Origin: Nemertoderma westbladi
Taxonomy: Eukaryota > Animalia > Xenacoelomorpha
Assembly: GCA_032718475.1 (NCBI GenBank)
Contig: JAUCBJ010001179.1
Coordinates: 1 to 64,000, forward strand
Direction of reading: 5' to 3'
DNA length: 64,000 nucleotides
In this document: positions 24,196-39,993 of the stretch, one piece after another
How the letters are laid out: every line of letters begins with the position of its first letter
How positions within the stretch are numbered: position 1 is the stretch's first letter
Translations under genes and position numbers: made by a program
The notes under the pieces: generated by a model
What the model was told of the DNA's origin: nothing
The model's input: the letters and a program-made list of their open reading frames with translations, nothing else
Database searches by the model: none

Positions 24196-25235
24196 TAATA
24201 ACGAGTGCCCTACATAACGGCGCAGTGCACTTAATAACGGCGCAGTGCACTTCATAAAGGTGTAGTGCACTTCATAATGGTGTAGTGCACTTCATAAAGG
24301 TGTTAGTAGTGCACTTCATAACGATGCAGTGCACTTAATGTTATATGCTATAGTATATGCTATGCGATATGCTATATATGCATATGCTATGCTATGCTAT
24401 ATGTTATATGTTATGCTATAGTACATGCTATGCTATATGATTTATGCTATATGCTATATGCTATGCTGTATGCTATATGCTATATGATATACTATATGCT
24501 CTGCTATATGCTATATGTTATATGTTATGCTATAGTACATGCTATGCTATATGCTATATGCTATATGCTATGCTATATGATATGCTATATGCTATGCTAT
24601 ATGCTATGCTATATGCTATGCTATATGCTATGCTATATGCTATGCTATATGCTATGCTATATGCTATGCTATATGCTATGCTATATGCTATGCTATGCTA
24701 TATGCTATGCTATATGCTATGCTATGCTATATGCTATGCTATATGCTATGCTATATGCTATGCTATATGCTATGCTATATGCTATGTTATATGCTATGCT
24801 ATATGCTATGCTATATGCTATGCTATATGCTATGCTATATGCTATGCTATATGCTATGCTATATGCTATGCTATATGCTATGCTATATGCTATGCTATAT
24901 GCTATGCTATGCTATGCTATGTTATGCTATGCTATGCTATGCTATGCTATGCTATGCTATGCTATGCTATGCTATGCTATGCTATGCTATGCTATGCTAT
25001 GCTATGCTATGCTATGCTATGCTATGCTATGCTATGCTATGCTATGCTATGCTATGCTATGCTATGCTATGCTATGCTATGCTATGCTATGCTATGCTAT
25101 GCTATGCTATGCTATGCTATGCTATGCTATGCTATGCTATGTTATGCTATGCTATGCTATGCTATGCTATGCTATGCTATGCTATGATATGCTATGCTAT
25201 GCTATGCTATGATAGGCTATGTTATGCTATGCTAT
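24196..25235. repeat. GTGCAC minisatellite (to ~24337) followed by a 12-bp/5-bp ATGCT compound microsatellite, unit 2
   Basis: (ATGCTATGCTAT)n grades into (ATGCT)n. Confidence 0.95.
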
Positions 25236-27345
25236 GTTTGTCAAAATGTCATTTTGACATGTAATTTTGAAAAAATGTCATTTTCAAAATGACATTTTGA
25301 CATGTCATGTTATCAAAATGTCATTTTGTCAAAATGTCATTTTGAAATTGACATTTTGACATGTCATTTTCAAATTGACATTTTGCCAAAATGTCATTTT
25401 CAAATTGACATTTTGTCAAAATATCCTTTTGAAATTGACATTTTGACATGTCATTTTGGCAAAATGTCATTTTCAAGTTGACATTTTGTCAAATTGTCGT
25501 TTTGAAATTGACATTTTGACATGTCATTTTGCCAAAATGTCATTTTTAAATTGACATTTGACATTTTGACATGTCATTTTGCCAAAATGTCATTTTCAAA
25601 TTGACATTTTGACATGTCATTTTGGCAAAATGTAATTTTCAAATTGACATTTTGACACGTCATTTTGCCAAAATGCTTTTTCAAATTGACATTTTGACAT
25701 GTCATTTTGCCAAAATGTCATTTTGAAAATGCATTTTCAAATTGACATTTTGACATGTCATTTTACCAAAATGTCATTTTGAAATTGACATTTTGACATT
25801 TGACATTTTGACATGTCATTTTGCCAAAATGTCATTTTTAAATTGACATTTGACATTTAGACATGTTATTTTGCCAAAATGTCATATTCCAATTGACATT
25901 TTGACATGTCATTTTGCCAAAATGCTTTTTCATATTGACATTTTGACATGTCATTTTGCCAAAATGTCATTTTGAAAATACATTTTCAAATTGACATTTT
26001 GACATGTCATTTTACCAAAATGTCATTTTGAAATTGACATTTTGACATGTCATTTTGCCAAAATGTCATTTTGAAATTGACATTTTGACATGTCATTTTG
26101 CCAAAATGATATTTTGAAAATGCATTTTCAAATTGACATTTTGACATGTCATTTTGCCAAAATGTCATTTTGAAATTGACATTTTGACATGTCTTGCCAA
26201 AATGTCATTTTGAAATTGACATTTTGACATGTCATTTTGCCAAAATGTCATTTTTAAATTGACATTTGACATTTTGACATGTCATTTTGCCAAAATTTCA
26301 TTTACAAATTGACATTTTGACATGTCATTTTGGCAAAATGTCATTTTCAAATTGTCATTTTGTCATTTTGTCGAAATGTCATTTTCAAATTGTCATTTTG
26401 TCATTTTGTCGAAATGTCATTTTGAAATTGACATTTTGACATGTCATTTTGCCAAAATGTCATTTTAAATTGACATTTGACATTTTGACATGTCATTTTG
26501 CCAAAATGTCATTTTCAAATTGGCATTTTGACATGTCATTTTGCCAAAATGTCATTTTGAAATTGACATTTTGACATGTCATTTTGCCAAAATGTCATTT
26601 TTAAATTGACATTTGACATTTTGACATGTCATTTTGCCAAAATTTCATTTACAAATTGACATTTTGACATGTCATTTTGGCAAAATGTCATTTTCAAATT
26701 GACATTTTGTCATTTTGTCGAAATGTCATTTTGAAATTGACATTTTGACATGTCATTTTGCCAAAATGTCATTTTAAATTGACATTTGACATTTTGACAT
26801 GTCATTTTGCCAAAATGTCATTTTCAAATTGACATTTTGACATGTCATTTTGCCAAAATGTCATTTTGAAACTGACATTTTGACATGTCATTTTGCCAAA
26901 ATGTCATTTTTAAATTGACATTTGACATTTTGACATGTCATTTTGCCAAAATTTCATTTACAAATTGACATTTTGACATGTCATTTTGGCAAAATGTCAT
27001 TTTCAAATTGTCATTTTGTCATTTTGTCGAAATGTCATTTTGAAATTGACATTTTGACATGTCATTTTGCCAAAATGTCATTTTAAATTGACATTTGACA
27101 TTTTGACATGTCATTTTGCCAAAATGTCATTTTCAAATTGACATTTTGACTTGTCATTTTGCCAAAATGTCATTTTGAAACTGACATTTTGACATGTCAT
27201 TTTGCCAAAATGTCATTTTTAAATTGACATTTGACATTTTGACATGTCATTTTGCCAAAATTTCATTTACAAATTGACATTTTGACATGTCATTTTGGCA
27301 AAATGTCATTTTCAAATTGTCATTTTGTCGAAATGTCATTTTGAT
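25236..27345. repeat. ~43-bp palindrome-rich satellite, unit 2
   Basis: Example period: AAATTGAC at 26031 and 26074. Confidence 0.95.
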
Positions 27346-27354
27346 TAGATAGAT

Positions 27355-29950
27355 TGATACTTCTTTTAGTGTTAAATTAACAGCAGATTCCAAATACAGT
27401 AACCGTTTTTACATATGATTTGTAGTTCTCGCGATATTTGGGTTCAAACACAACGTTTTTTGATATTTTACGAGATTTAAAGTATTTTTTATTGAAAAAG
27501 CAGACATAACTATTCCCAGTCCGTTTCTGTAACATTTAGAGAAAAGGTAACTTGTGATACTTCTTTTAGTGTTAAATTAACAGCAGATTCCAAATTCAGT
27601 AACCGTTTTTACATATGATTTGTAGTTCTCGCGATATTTGGGTTCAAACACAACGTTTTTTGATATTTTACGAGATTTAAAGTATTTTTTATTGAAAAAG
27701 CAGACATAACTATTCCCAGTCCGTTTCTGTAACATTTAGAGAAAAGGTAACTTGTGATACTTCTTTTAGTGTTAAATTAACAGCAGATTCCAAATACAGT
27801 AACCGTTTTTACATATGATTTGTAGTTCTCGCGATATTTCGGTTCAAACACAACGTTTTTTGATATTTTACGAGATTTAAAATATTTTTTATTGAAAAAG
27901 CAGACATAACTATTCCCTGTCCGTTTCTGTAACATTTAGAGAAAAGGTAACTTGTGATACTTCTTTTAGTGTTAAATTAACAGCAGATTCCAAATTCAGT
28001 AACCGTTTTTACATATGATTTGTAGTTCTCGCGATATTTGGGTTGAAACACAACGTTTTTTGATATTTTACGAGATTTAAAGTATTTTTTATTGAAAAAA
28101 CAGACATAACTGTTCCGAGTCCGTTTCTGTAACATTTAGAGAAAAGGTAACTTGTGATACTTCTTTTAGTGTTAAATTAACAGCAGATTCCAAATACAGT
28201 AACCGTTTTTACATATGATTTGTAGTTCTCGCGATATTTGGGTTCAAACACAACGTTTTTTGATATTTTACGAGATTTAAAGTATTTTTTATTGAAAAAA
28301 CAGACATAACTGTTCCGAGTCCGTTTCTGTAACATTTAGAGAAAAGGTAACTTGTGATACTTCTTTTAGTGTTAAATTAACAGCAGATTCCAAATTCAGT
28401 AACCGTTTTTACATATGATTTGTAGTTCTCGCGATATTTGGGTTCAAACACAACGTTTTTTGATATTTTACGAGATTTAAAGTATTTTTTATTGAAAAAG
28501 CAGACATAACTATTCCCAGTCCGTTTCTGTAACATTTAGAGAAAAGGTAACTTGTGATACTTCTTTTAGTGTTAAATTAACAGCAGATTCCAAATACAGT
28601 AACCGTTTTTACATATGATTTGTTGTTCTCGCGATATTTCGGTTCAAACACAACGTTTTTTGATATTTTACGAGATTTAAAATATTTTTTATTGAAAAAG
28701 CAGACATAACTATTCCCTGTCCGTTTCTGTAACATTTAGAGAAAAGGTAACTTGTGATACTTCTTTTAGTGTTAAATTAACAGCAGATTCCAAATTCAGT
28801 AACCGTTTTTACATATGATTTGTAGTTCTCGCGATATTTGGGTTGAAACACAACGTTTTTTGATATTTTACGAGATTTAAAGTATTTTTTATTGAAAAAA
28901 CAGACATAACTGTTCCGAGTCCGTTTCTGTAACATTTAGAGAAAAGGTAACTTGTGATACTTCTTTTAGTGTTAAATTAACAGCAGATTCCAAATTCAGT
29001 AACCGTTTTTACATATGATTCGTAGTTCTCGCGATATTCGGGTTCAAACACAACGTTTTTTGATATTTTACGAGATTTAAAATATTTTTTATTGAAAAAG
29101 CAGACATAACTATTCCAAGTCCGTTTCTGTAACATTTAGAGAAAAGTTTACTTGTGATACTTCTTTTAGTGTTAAATTAACAGCAGATTCCAAATACAGT
29201 AACCGTTTTTACATATGATTTGTAGTTCTCGCGATATTTCGGTTCAAACACAACGTTTTTTGATATTTTACGAGATTTAAAGTATTTTTTATTGAAAAAA
29301 CAGACATAACTGTTCCGAGTCCGTTTCTGTAACATTTAGAGAAAAGGTAACTTGTGATACTTCTTTTAGTGTTAAATTAACAGCAGATTCCAAATACAGT
29401 AACCGTTTTTACATATTATTTGTAGTTCTCGCGATATTTCGGTTCAAACACAACGTTTTTTGATATTTTACGAGATTTAAAGTATTTTTTATTGAAAAAA
29501 CAGACATAACTATTCCGAGTCCGTTTCTGTAACATTTAGAGAAAAGGTAACTTGTGATACTTCTTTTAGTGTTAAATTAACAGCAGATTCCAAATACAGT
29601 AACCGTTTTTACATATTATTTGTAGTTCTCGCGATATTTCGGTTCAAACACAACGTTTTTTGATATTTTACGAGATTTAAAGTATTTTTTATTGAAAAAA
29701 CAGACATAACTATTCCAAGTCCGTTTCTGTAACATTTAGAGAAAAGGTAACTTGTGATACTTCTTTTAGTGTTAAATTAACAGCAGATTCCAAATACAGT
29801 AACCGTTTTTACATATTATTTGTAGTTCTCGCGATATTTCGGTTCAAACACAACGTTTTTTGATATTTTACGAGATTTAAAGTATTTTTTATTGAAAAAA
29901 CAGACATAACTGTTCCGAGTCCGTTTCTGTAACATTTAGAGAAAAGGTAA
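27355..29950. repeat. 200-bp satellite array, unit 2 (~13 copies)
   Basis: Period 200 with scattered diagnostic variants. Confidence 0.97.
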
Positions 29951-30741
29951 CTACTGTTCAATTTATTTTATAACGCTCTATAATCTTTTATTAAATAATT
30001 GAGCAATAAATAAGTACAGTAGTGTTACAAAATAAATTGAACTGTAGTATTTTACTATATTGCTTCCATAGTTACTGCAATTCAATTTACTGTACTCTTC
30101 AACTCCTGATACCGCCTTTCTCAATGTTAAATAAATTAGTGTTATCGAATATTTATTACGTAACTAGAGAGCCTCTTAACAATATAAACTAATATTGGAT
30201 ATGGAGTTCCGTTATGGAATTCGCCTTGCAGACACTAAATTTGCAATAACTTTTGAGTGTTTAAATGGATTTTGCTCAAATTACTTGCAAACCTTTTCTA
30301 CTTCAGTGCCCTTTTAATACTTGCAACAAAATATAACAAATTCCACAAATGATTTTATTTTACATTTTTCGCTGTGAAAAACTAAAATCAAAGCAATGAT
30401 ACTTTTTTTCCCTATAGGAAAAAAGTGCAACTTTTTCTCCCGATATTGGGGTAAATTCAAGTGAAAATGTAACAATTTAAGAATAAAAACTGTAAGGTTT
30501 TCGTATCCACGGAATCGACCTAAATTGAACTAAAATCAGCCAGATGTCCGTCCATTAACTACATATATTTTTTAATAATCGGTATGAAATAATTACAAAA
30601 GGTAATAAAGCTAACAAAATAATAAATATACAAACTAGATAAATAAATACTGTATCACAACACAATTCCGCCTCTTTCTTCAAGTCTTGCTGTTTATGGT
30701 AACCAGCTGACGGCGGCCAGACAATTCTTAGGTAACCATAA

Positions 30742-30878
30742 TTAGCTCCGGACCAACAACCTAACAGTTCCTCTTAGTCTCTTCAACAATCGGACCACTT
30801 TATCATGGCCCATCCCGTGTAGACTCTTCCCGTTAACCGCGAGTATCTGGTTCCCCCGTCTCAATCTACCGTCGTCCA
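30742..30878 (-). pseudogene. MPDZ-like terminal exon, copy 3, 5'-truncated by an internal deletion
   Basis: Matches copy 1 from the stop to ...ACCGTCGTCCA (30878). A 15-nt insertion follows, then sequence equivalent to 14334 onward. Confidence 0.88.
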
Positions 30879-31275
30879 GTCGTAGTACGTCGTAGTACAT
30901 TGTATGTCAGCCCGCCAGGCTGGCGCCTCCTACAACACACGCAGCTCAGCAGCCACCTTGTCAATATTGGTTGTAAAATTCTGTTGTAAATATTTTCGAA
31001 GTCAATAAATAATTACACTTGAAATGCACTGTAGAGGGGTGGGGACGTGTTAGCGATGTCGCCCGGTGAATCTGAGCGTTTTTGGTGATCATTTCCTTAA
31101 AACATATTTTTTAAGCTCTATCTCGTGGTGTGGGTTAGAACGCGCGAAAGCGAAAATCGATGCTCATTTTTGAAAAAAATCGGAAGTTATTTCAGTAAAT
31201 TATGGCTAATTTTGGGAAGGGCTTTTGTGTTGGCAATCCAATTTAAATGAAAGGTGTTCTTCGGATAATTTGAAT

Positions 31276-34189
31276 TAATAACGAGTGCCCTACATAACGG
31301 CGCAGTGCACTTAAAAACGAGTGCACTGCATAACGGCGCAGTGCACTTAAAAACGAGTGCACTGCATAACGGCGCAGTGCACTTAATAACGAGTGCCCTA
31401 CATAACGGCGCAGTGCACTTAATAACGAGTGCCCTACATAACGGCACAGTGCACTTTATAACGGCGCAGTGCACTTCATAAAGGTGTAGTGCACTTCATA
31501 AAGGTGTTAGTAATGCACTTCATAACGATGCAGTGCACTAAATGTTATATGCTTTTCTATATGCTATGATATATGTTATATGTTATGCTATAGTACATGC
31601 TATGCTATATGCTATTCTATATGCTATGCTATATGTTATATGCTATAAGCTATATGTTATATGTTATGCTATAGTACATGCTATGCTATATGCTTTATGC
31701 TATATGCTATATGCTATATGCTATATGCTATATGCTATATGCTATGCTGTATGCTATATGCTATACTATATGCTATGCTATATGCTATGTGTTATATGTT
31801 ATGCTATAGTACATGCTATGCTATATGCTTTATGTTATATGCTATATGCTATATGATATATGCTATATGCTATATGCTATGCTATATGCTATATGCGATT
31901 TGCTATAAGCTATATGTTATATGTTATGCTATAGTACATGCTATGCTATATGCTATATGCTATGCTATATTCTATGCTATATGCTATGCCATATGCTATG
32001 CTATATGTTATATGCTATATGCTATGCTACATGCTATATGCGATTTGCTATAAGCTATATGTTATATGTTATGCTATAGTACATGCTATGCTATGCTATA
32101 TGCTATTCTATATGCTATGCTATATGCTATGCTATATGCTATGCTATATGCTATGCTATATGCTATGCTATATGCTATGCTATATGCTATGCTATATGCT
32201 ATGCTATATGCTATGCTATATGCTATGCTATATGATATGCTATATGCTATGCTATATGCTATGATATATGCTATATATGTTATATGTTATGCTATAGTAC
32301 ATGCTATGCTATATGCTTTATGTTATATACTATATGCTATATGCTATATTCTATATGCTATATGCTATGCTATATGCTATAATCTATTTGCTATAAGCTA
32401 TATGTTATATGTTATGCTATAGTACATGCTATGATATAGGCTATATGCTATATGCTATGCTATATGCTATATGCTATATGCTATGCTATATGCTATATGC
32501 GATTTGCTATAAGCTATATGTTATATGTTATGCTATAGTACATGCTATGCTATATGCTTTATGCTATATGCTATGTTATATGCTATTCTATATGCTATGC
32601 TATATGCTATGCTATGCTATATGCTATGCTATATGCTATGCTATATGCTATGCTATGCTATATGCTATGCTATACGCTATGCTATACGCTATGCTATACG
32701 CTATGCTATGATATGCTATGCTATGCTATGCTATGCTATGCTATGCTATGCTATGCTATGCTATGCTATGCTATGCTATGCTATGCTATGCTATGCTATG
32801 CTATGCTATGCTATGCTATGCTATGCTATGCTATGCTATGCTATGCTATGCTATGCCATGCTATGCTATGATATGATATGATATGCTATGTTATGCTATG
32901 CTATGCTATGCTATGCTATGATATGATATGATATGATATGCTATGCTTTGCTATGCTATGCTATGCTATGCTATGCTATGATATGATATGCTATGCTATG
33001 TTATGCTATGCTCTGCTATGCTATGTTATGCTATGCTATGCTATGCTATGCTTTGCTATGCTATGCTATGCTATGCTATGCTATGCTATGCTATGCTATG
33101 CTATGCTATGCTATGCTCTGCTATGCTATGCTATGCTATGCTATGCTATGCTATGCTATGCTATGCTATGTTATGCTATATGCTATGATATATGCTATAT
33201 GTTATATGCTACATGTTATATGTTATGATATATGCCATGTTAAGCTATATGCTATAGTACATGCTATGCTATGCTATATACAAATGTTTTATGCTATGCT
33301 ATATGCCATGTTATATGTTATATGCTATGTTATATGTTATGCTATATGCTATATGCTATGCTATATGCTATGCTATATGCTATGCTATATGATGTGCTAT
33401 ATGCTATGCTATATGCTATGCTATATGTTATGCTATATGCTATGCTATTTGGTATGCTATATGCTATGCTATATGCTATATGTTATATGTTATGCTATAT
33501 GCCACATTATGCTATTTGCTTTGCTATGCTATGCTATACTATGCTATGCTATATGCCACATTATGCTATTTGCTTTGCTATGCTATGCTATGCTATGCTA
33601 TGCTATGATATGCTATGCTATGCTATGCTATGATAAGCTATGCTATGCTATGCTATGCTATGCTATGCTATGCTATGCTATGCTATGATATGCTATATGC
33701 TATATGCTATATGCTATGCTGTATGCTATGCTATATGCTATGCTATATGCTATGCTATATGATATATGTTATATGCTATGCTATATGCTATATGTCATAA
33801 GCTATATGTTATATGTGATGCTATATGCCATGCTATGCTATGTGCTATATGCTTTATGTTATATGTTGTGCTATATGCCATGTTATGCTATATGCTATAG
33901 TACATGCTATGCTATATGCTATATGTTGTATACTATATGCTATATGATATATGCTATATGCTATGCTGTATGCTATATGTCATAAGCTATATGTTATATG
34001 TTATGCTATATGCTATGTTATGCTATATGCTATATGCTATGCTATATGTCATATGCTATATGTTACATGTTGTGCTATAGGCCATGTTATGCTATATGCT
34101 ATATGCTATGCTATATGCTATATGTCATAAGCTATGCTTTATGCATATCATATGCTATATGCTATATGCTATATACTATGCTATATGCT
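31276..34189. repeat. 36-bp minisatellite (to ~31541) followed by a long degenerate ATGCT/ATATGCT compound microsatellite, unit 3
   Basis: Directly visible 5-, 7- and 12-bp periodicities. Confidence 0.95.
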
Positions 34190-36134
34190 TTCATATGTCA
34201 CTTTCAAATTGACATTTTGACATGTCATTTTGCCAAAATGTCAATGTGTCAATATGTCACTTTCAAATTGACAGTTTGACATGTCATTTTGTCAAAATGT
34301 CACTTTCACATTGATATTTTGACATGTCATTTTGCCAAAATGTAACTTTCAAATTGACACTTTAACATGTCATTTTGCAAAAATGTCACTTTCAAATTGA
34401 CATTTTGACATGTCATTTTGCCAAAATGTCACTTTCGAATTGACATTTTGACATATCATTTTGCCAAAATGTCAATGTGTCAATATGTCACTTTCAAATT
34501 GACAGTTTGACATGTCATTTTGTCAAAATGTCACTTTCAAATTGACACTTTGACATGTCATTTTGCCAAAATGTCACTTTCAAATTGACATTTTGACATG
34601 TCATTTTGCCAAAATGTCACTTTCGAATTGACATTTTGACATGTCATTTTGCCAAAATGTCACTTTCGAATAGACATTTTGACATGTCATTATGCCAAAA
34701 TGTCAATGTGTCAATATGTCACTTTCAAATTGACAGTTTGACATGTCATTTTGTCAAAATGTCACTTTCAAATTGACACTTTGACATGTCATTTTGCCAA
34801 AATGTCACTTTCAAATTGACATTTTGACATGTCATTTTGCCAAAATGTCACTTTCGAATTGACATTTTGACATGTCATTTTGCCAAAATGTCACTTTCAT
34901 ATTGACATTTTGACATGTCATTTTGTCAAAATGTCACTTTCGAATTGACATTTTGACCTTTCATTTTGCCAAAATGTCACTTTCAAATGGACAATTTGAC
35001 ATGTCATTTTGCCAAAATGTCACTTTCGAATTGACATTTTGACATGTCATTTTGCCAAAATGTCACTTTCGAATTGACATTTTGACATATCATTTTGCCA
35101 AAATGTCAATGTGTCAATATGTCACTTTCAAATTGACAGTTTGACATGTCATTTTGTCAAAATGTCACTTTCAAATTGACACTTTGACATGTCATTTTGC
35201 CAAAATGTCACTTTCAAATTGACATTTTGACATGTCATTTTGCCAAAATGTCACTTTCGAATTGACATTTTGACATGTCATTTTGCCAAAATGTCACTTT
35301 CGAATAGACATTTTGACATGTCATTATGCCAAAATGTCAATGTGTCAATATGTCACTTTCAAATTGACAGTTTGACATGTCATTTTGTCAAAATGTCACT
35401 TTCAAATTGACACTTTGACATGTCATTTTGCCAAAATGTCACTTTCAAATTGACATTTTGACATGTCATTTTGCCAAAATGTCACTTTCGAATTGACATT
35501 TTGACATGTCATTTTGCCAAAATGTCACTTTCATATTGACATTTTGACATGTCATTTTGTCAAAATGTCACTTTCGAATTGACATTTTGACCTTTCATTT
35601 TGCCAAAATGTCACTTTCAAATGGACATTTTGACATGTCATTTTGCCAACATGTCACTTTCAAATTGACATTTTGACATGTCATTTTGCCAACATGTCAC
35701 TTTCAAATTGACAGTTTGACATGTCATTGTGTCAAAAAGTCACTTTCAAATTGACCCTTTGACTTGTCATTTTGCCAAAATGTCACTTTCAAATTGACAT
35801 TTTGACATGTCATTTTGCAAAAATGTCACTTTCAAATTGACTGTTTGACATGTCACTGTGTCAAAAAGTCACTTTCAAATTGACACTTCGACTTGTCATT
35901 TTGCCAAAATGTCACTTTCAAATTGATATTTTGACATGTCATTTTGCAAAAATGTCACTTTCAAATTGACAGTTTGACATGTCATTGTGTCAAAAAGTCA
36001 CTTTCAAATTGACACTTTGACTTGTCATTTTGCCAAAATGTCACTTTCAAATTGATATTTTGACATGTCATTTTGCCAAAATGTCACTTTCGAATTGACA
36101 TTTTGACATGTCATTATGTCAAAATGTCATTTTT
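34190..36134. repeat. 43-bp satellite (CACTTTC subtype), unit 3
   Basis: Monomer AAATTGACATTTTGACATGTCATTTTGCCAAAATGTCACTTTC. Confidence 0.95.
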
Positions 36135-39100
36135 AAAAAGCAAACATAACTATTCCCAGTCCGTTTCTGTAACATTTAGAGAAAAGTTCACTTGTGATAC
36201 TTCTTTTAGTGTTAAATTAACAGCAGATTCCAAATACAGTAACCGTTTTTACATATGATTTGTAGTTCTCGCGATATTTGGGTTCAAACACAACGTTTTT
36301 TGATATTTTACGAAATTTAAAGTATTTTTTATTGAAAATGCAGACATAACTATTCCCAGTCCGTTTCTGTAACATTTAGAGAAAAGGTAACTTGTGATAC
36401 TTCTTTTAGTGTTAAATTAACAGCAGATTCCAAATTCAGTAACCGTTTTTACATATGATTTGTAGTTCTCGCGATATTTCGGTTCAAACACAACGTTTTT
36501 TGATATTTTACGAGATTTAAAGTATTTTTTATTGAAAAAGCAGACATAACTATTCCAAGTCCGTTTCTGTAACATTTAGAGAAAAGTTAACTTGTGATAC
36601 TTCTTTTAGTGTTAAATTAACAGCAGATTCCAAATTCAGTAACCGTTTTTACATATTATTTGTAGTTCTCGCGATATTTGGATTCAAACACAACGTTTTT
36701 TGATATTTTACGAGATTTAAAGTATTTTTTATTGAAAAAGCAGACATAACTATTCCCAGTCCGTTTCTGTAACATTTAGAGAAAAGTTAACTTGTGATAC
36801 TTCTTTTAGTGTTCAATTAACAGCAGATTCCAAATTCAGTAACCGTTTTTACATATTATTATTTGTAGTTCTCGCGATATTTGCATTCAAACACAACGTT
36901 TTTTGATATTTTACGAGATTTAAAGTATTTTTTATTGAAAAAGCAGACATAACTATTCCCAGTCCGTTTCTGTAACATTTAGAGAAAAGGTAACTTGTGA
37001 TACTTCTTTTAGTGTTAAATTAACAGCAGATTCCAAATACAGTAACCGTTTTTACATATTATTTGTAGTTCTCGCGATATTTGGGTTCAAACACAACGTT
37101 TTTTGATATTTTACGAGATTTAAAGTATTTTTTATTGAAAAAACAGACATAACTATTCCCAGTCCGTTTCTGTAACATTTAGAGAAAAGTTAACTTGTGA
37201 TACTTCTTTTAGTGTTAAATTAACAGCAGATTCCAAATTCAGTAACCGTTTTTACATATTATTTGTAGTTCTCGCGATATTTGGATTCAAACACAACGTT
37301 TTTTGATATTTTACGAGATTTAAAGTATTTTTTATTGAAAAAGCAGACATAACTATTCCCAGTCCGTTTCTGTAACATTTAGAGAAAAGGTAACTTGTGA
37401 TACTTCTTTTAGTGTTAAATTAACAGCAGATTCCAAATTCAGTAACCGTTTTTACATATTATTTGTAGTTCTCGCGATATTTGGATTCAAACACAACGTT
37501 TTTTGATATTTTACGAGATTTAAAGTATTTTTTATTGAAAAAGCAGACATAACTATTCCCAGTCCGTTTCTGTAACATTTAGAGAAAAGGTAACTTGTGA
37601 TACTTCTTTTAGTGTTAAATTAACAGCAGATTCCAAATACAGTAACCGTTTTTACATATTATTTGTAGTTCTCGCGATATTTCGGTTCAAACACAACGTT
37701 TTTTGATATTTTACGAGATTTAAAGTATTTTTTATTGAAAAAGCAGACATAACTATTCCCAGTCCGTTTCTGTAACATTTAGAGAAAAGGTAACTTGTGA
37801 TACTTCTTTTAGTGTTAAATTAACAGCAGATTCCAAATACAGTAACCGTTTTTACATATGATTTGTAGTTCTCGCGATATTTCGGTTCAAACACAACGTT
37901 TTTTGATATTTTACGAGATTTAAAATATTTTTTATTGAAAAAGCAGACATAACTATTCCCTGTCCGTTTCTGTAACATTTAGAGAAAAGGTAACTTGTGA
38001 TACTTCTTTTAGTGTTAAATTAACAGCAGATTCCAAATTCAGTAACCGTTTTTACATATGATTTGTAGTTCTCGCGATATTTGGGTTGAAACACAACGTT
38101 TTTTGATATTTTACGAGATTTAAAGTATTTTTTATTGAAAAAACAGACATAACTGTTCCGAGTCCGTTTCTGTAACATTTAGAGAAAAGGTAACTTGTGA
38201 TACTTCTTTTAGTGTTAAATTAACAGCAGATTCCAAATACAGTAACCGTTTTTACATATGATTTGTAGTTCTCGCGATATTTGGGTTCAAACACAACGTT
38301 TTTTGATATTTTACGAGATTTAAAGTATTTTTTATTGAAAAAACAGACATAACTGTTCCGAGTCCGTTTCTGTAACATTTAGAGAAAAGGTAACTTGTGA
38401 TACTTCTTTTAGTGTTAAATTAACAGCAGATTCCAAATTCAGTAACCGTTTTTACATATGATTTGTAGTTCTCGCGATATTTGGGTTCAAACACAACGTT
38501 TTTTGATATTTTACGAGATTTAAAGTATTTTTTATTGAAAAAGCAGACATAACTATTCCCAGTCCGTTTCTGTAACATTTAGAGAAAAGGTAACTTGTGA
38601 TACTTCTTTTAGTGTTAAATTAACAGCAGATTCCAAATACAGTAACCGTTTTTACATATGATTTGTTGTTCTCGCGATATTTCGGTTCAAACACAACGTT
38701 TTTTGATATTTTACGAGATTTAAAATATTTTTTATTGAAAAAGCAGACATAACTATTCCCTGTCCGTTTCTGTAACATTTAGAGAAAAGGTAACTTGTGA
38801 TACTTCTTTTAGTGTTAAATTAACAGCAGATTCCAAATTCAGTAACCGTTTTTACATATGATTTGTAGTTCTCGCGATATTTGGGTTGAAACACAACGTT
38901 TTTTGATATTTTACGAGATTTAAAGTATTTTTTATTGAAAAAACAGACATAACTGTTCCGAGTCCGTTTCTGTAACATTTAGAGAAAAGGTAACTTGTGA
39001 TACTTCTTTTAGTGTTAAATTAACAGCAGATTCCAAATTCAGTAACCGTTTTTACATATGATTCGTAGTTCTCGCGATATTCGGGTTCAAACACAACGTT

Positions 39101-39993
39101 TTTTGATATTTTACGAGATTTAAAATATTTTTTATTGAAAAAGCAGACATAACTATTCCAAGTCCGTTTCTGTAACATTTAGAGAAAAGTTTACTTGTGA
39201 TACTTCTTTTAGTGTTAAATTAACAGCAGATTCCAAATACAGTAACCGTTTTTACATATGATTTGTAGTTCTCGCGATATTTCGGTTCAAACACAACGTT
39301 TTTTGATATTTTACGAGATTTAAAGTATTTTTTATTGAAAAAACAGACATAACTGTTCCGAGTCCGTTTCTGTAACATTTAGAGAAAAGGTAACTTGTGA
39401 TACTTCTTTTAGTGTTAAATTAACAGCAGATTCCAAATACAGTAACCGTTTTTACATATTATTTGTAGTTCTCGCGATATTTCGGTTCAAACACAACGTT
39501 TTTTGATATTTTACGAGATTTAAAGTATTTTTTATTGAAAAAACAGACATAACTATTCCGAGTCCGTTTCTGTAACATTTAGAGAAAAGGTAACTTGTGA
39601 TACTTCTTTTAGTGTTAAATTAACAGCAGATTCCAAATACAGTAACCGTTTTTACATATTATTTGTAGTTCTCGCGATATTTCGGTTCAAACACAACGTT
39701 TTTTGATATTTTACGAGATTTAAAGTATTTTTTATTGAAAAAACAGACATAACTATTCCAAGTCCGTTTCTGTAACATTTAGAGAAAAGGTAACTTGTGA
39801 TACTTCTTTTAGTGTTAAATTAACAGCAGATTCCAAATACAGTAACCGTTTTTACATATTATTTGTAGTTCTCGCGATATTTCGGTTCAAACACAACGTT
39901 TTTTGATATTTTACGAGATTTAAAGTATTTTTTATTGAAAAAACAGACATAACTGTTCCGAGTCCGTTTCTGTAACATTTAGAGAAAAGGTAA
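36135..39993. repeat. 200-bp satellite array, unit 3 (~19 copies)
   Basis: Period 200, with one 3-bp expansion near 36858. Confidence 0.97.
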
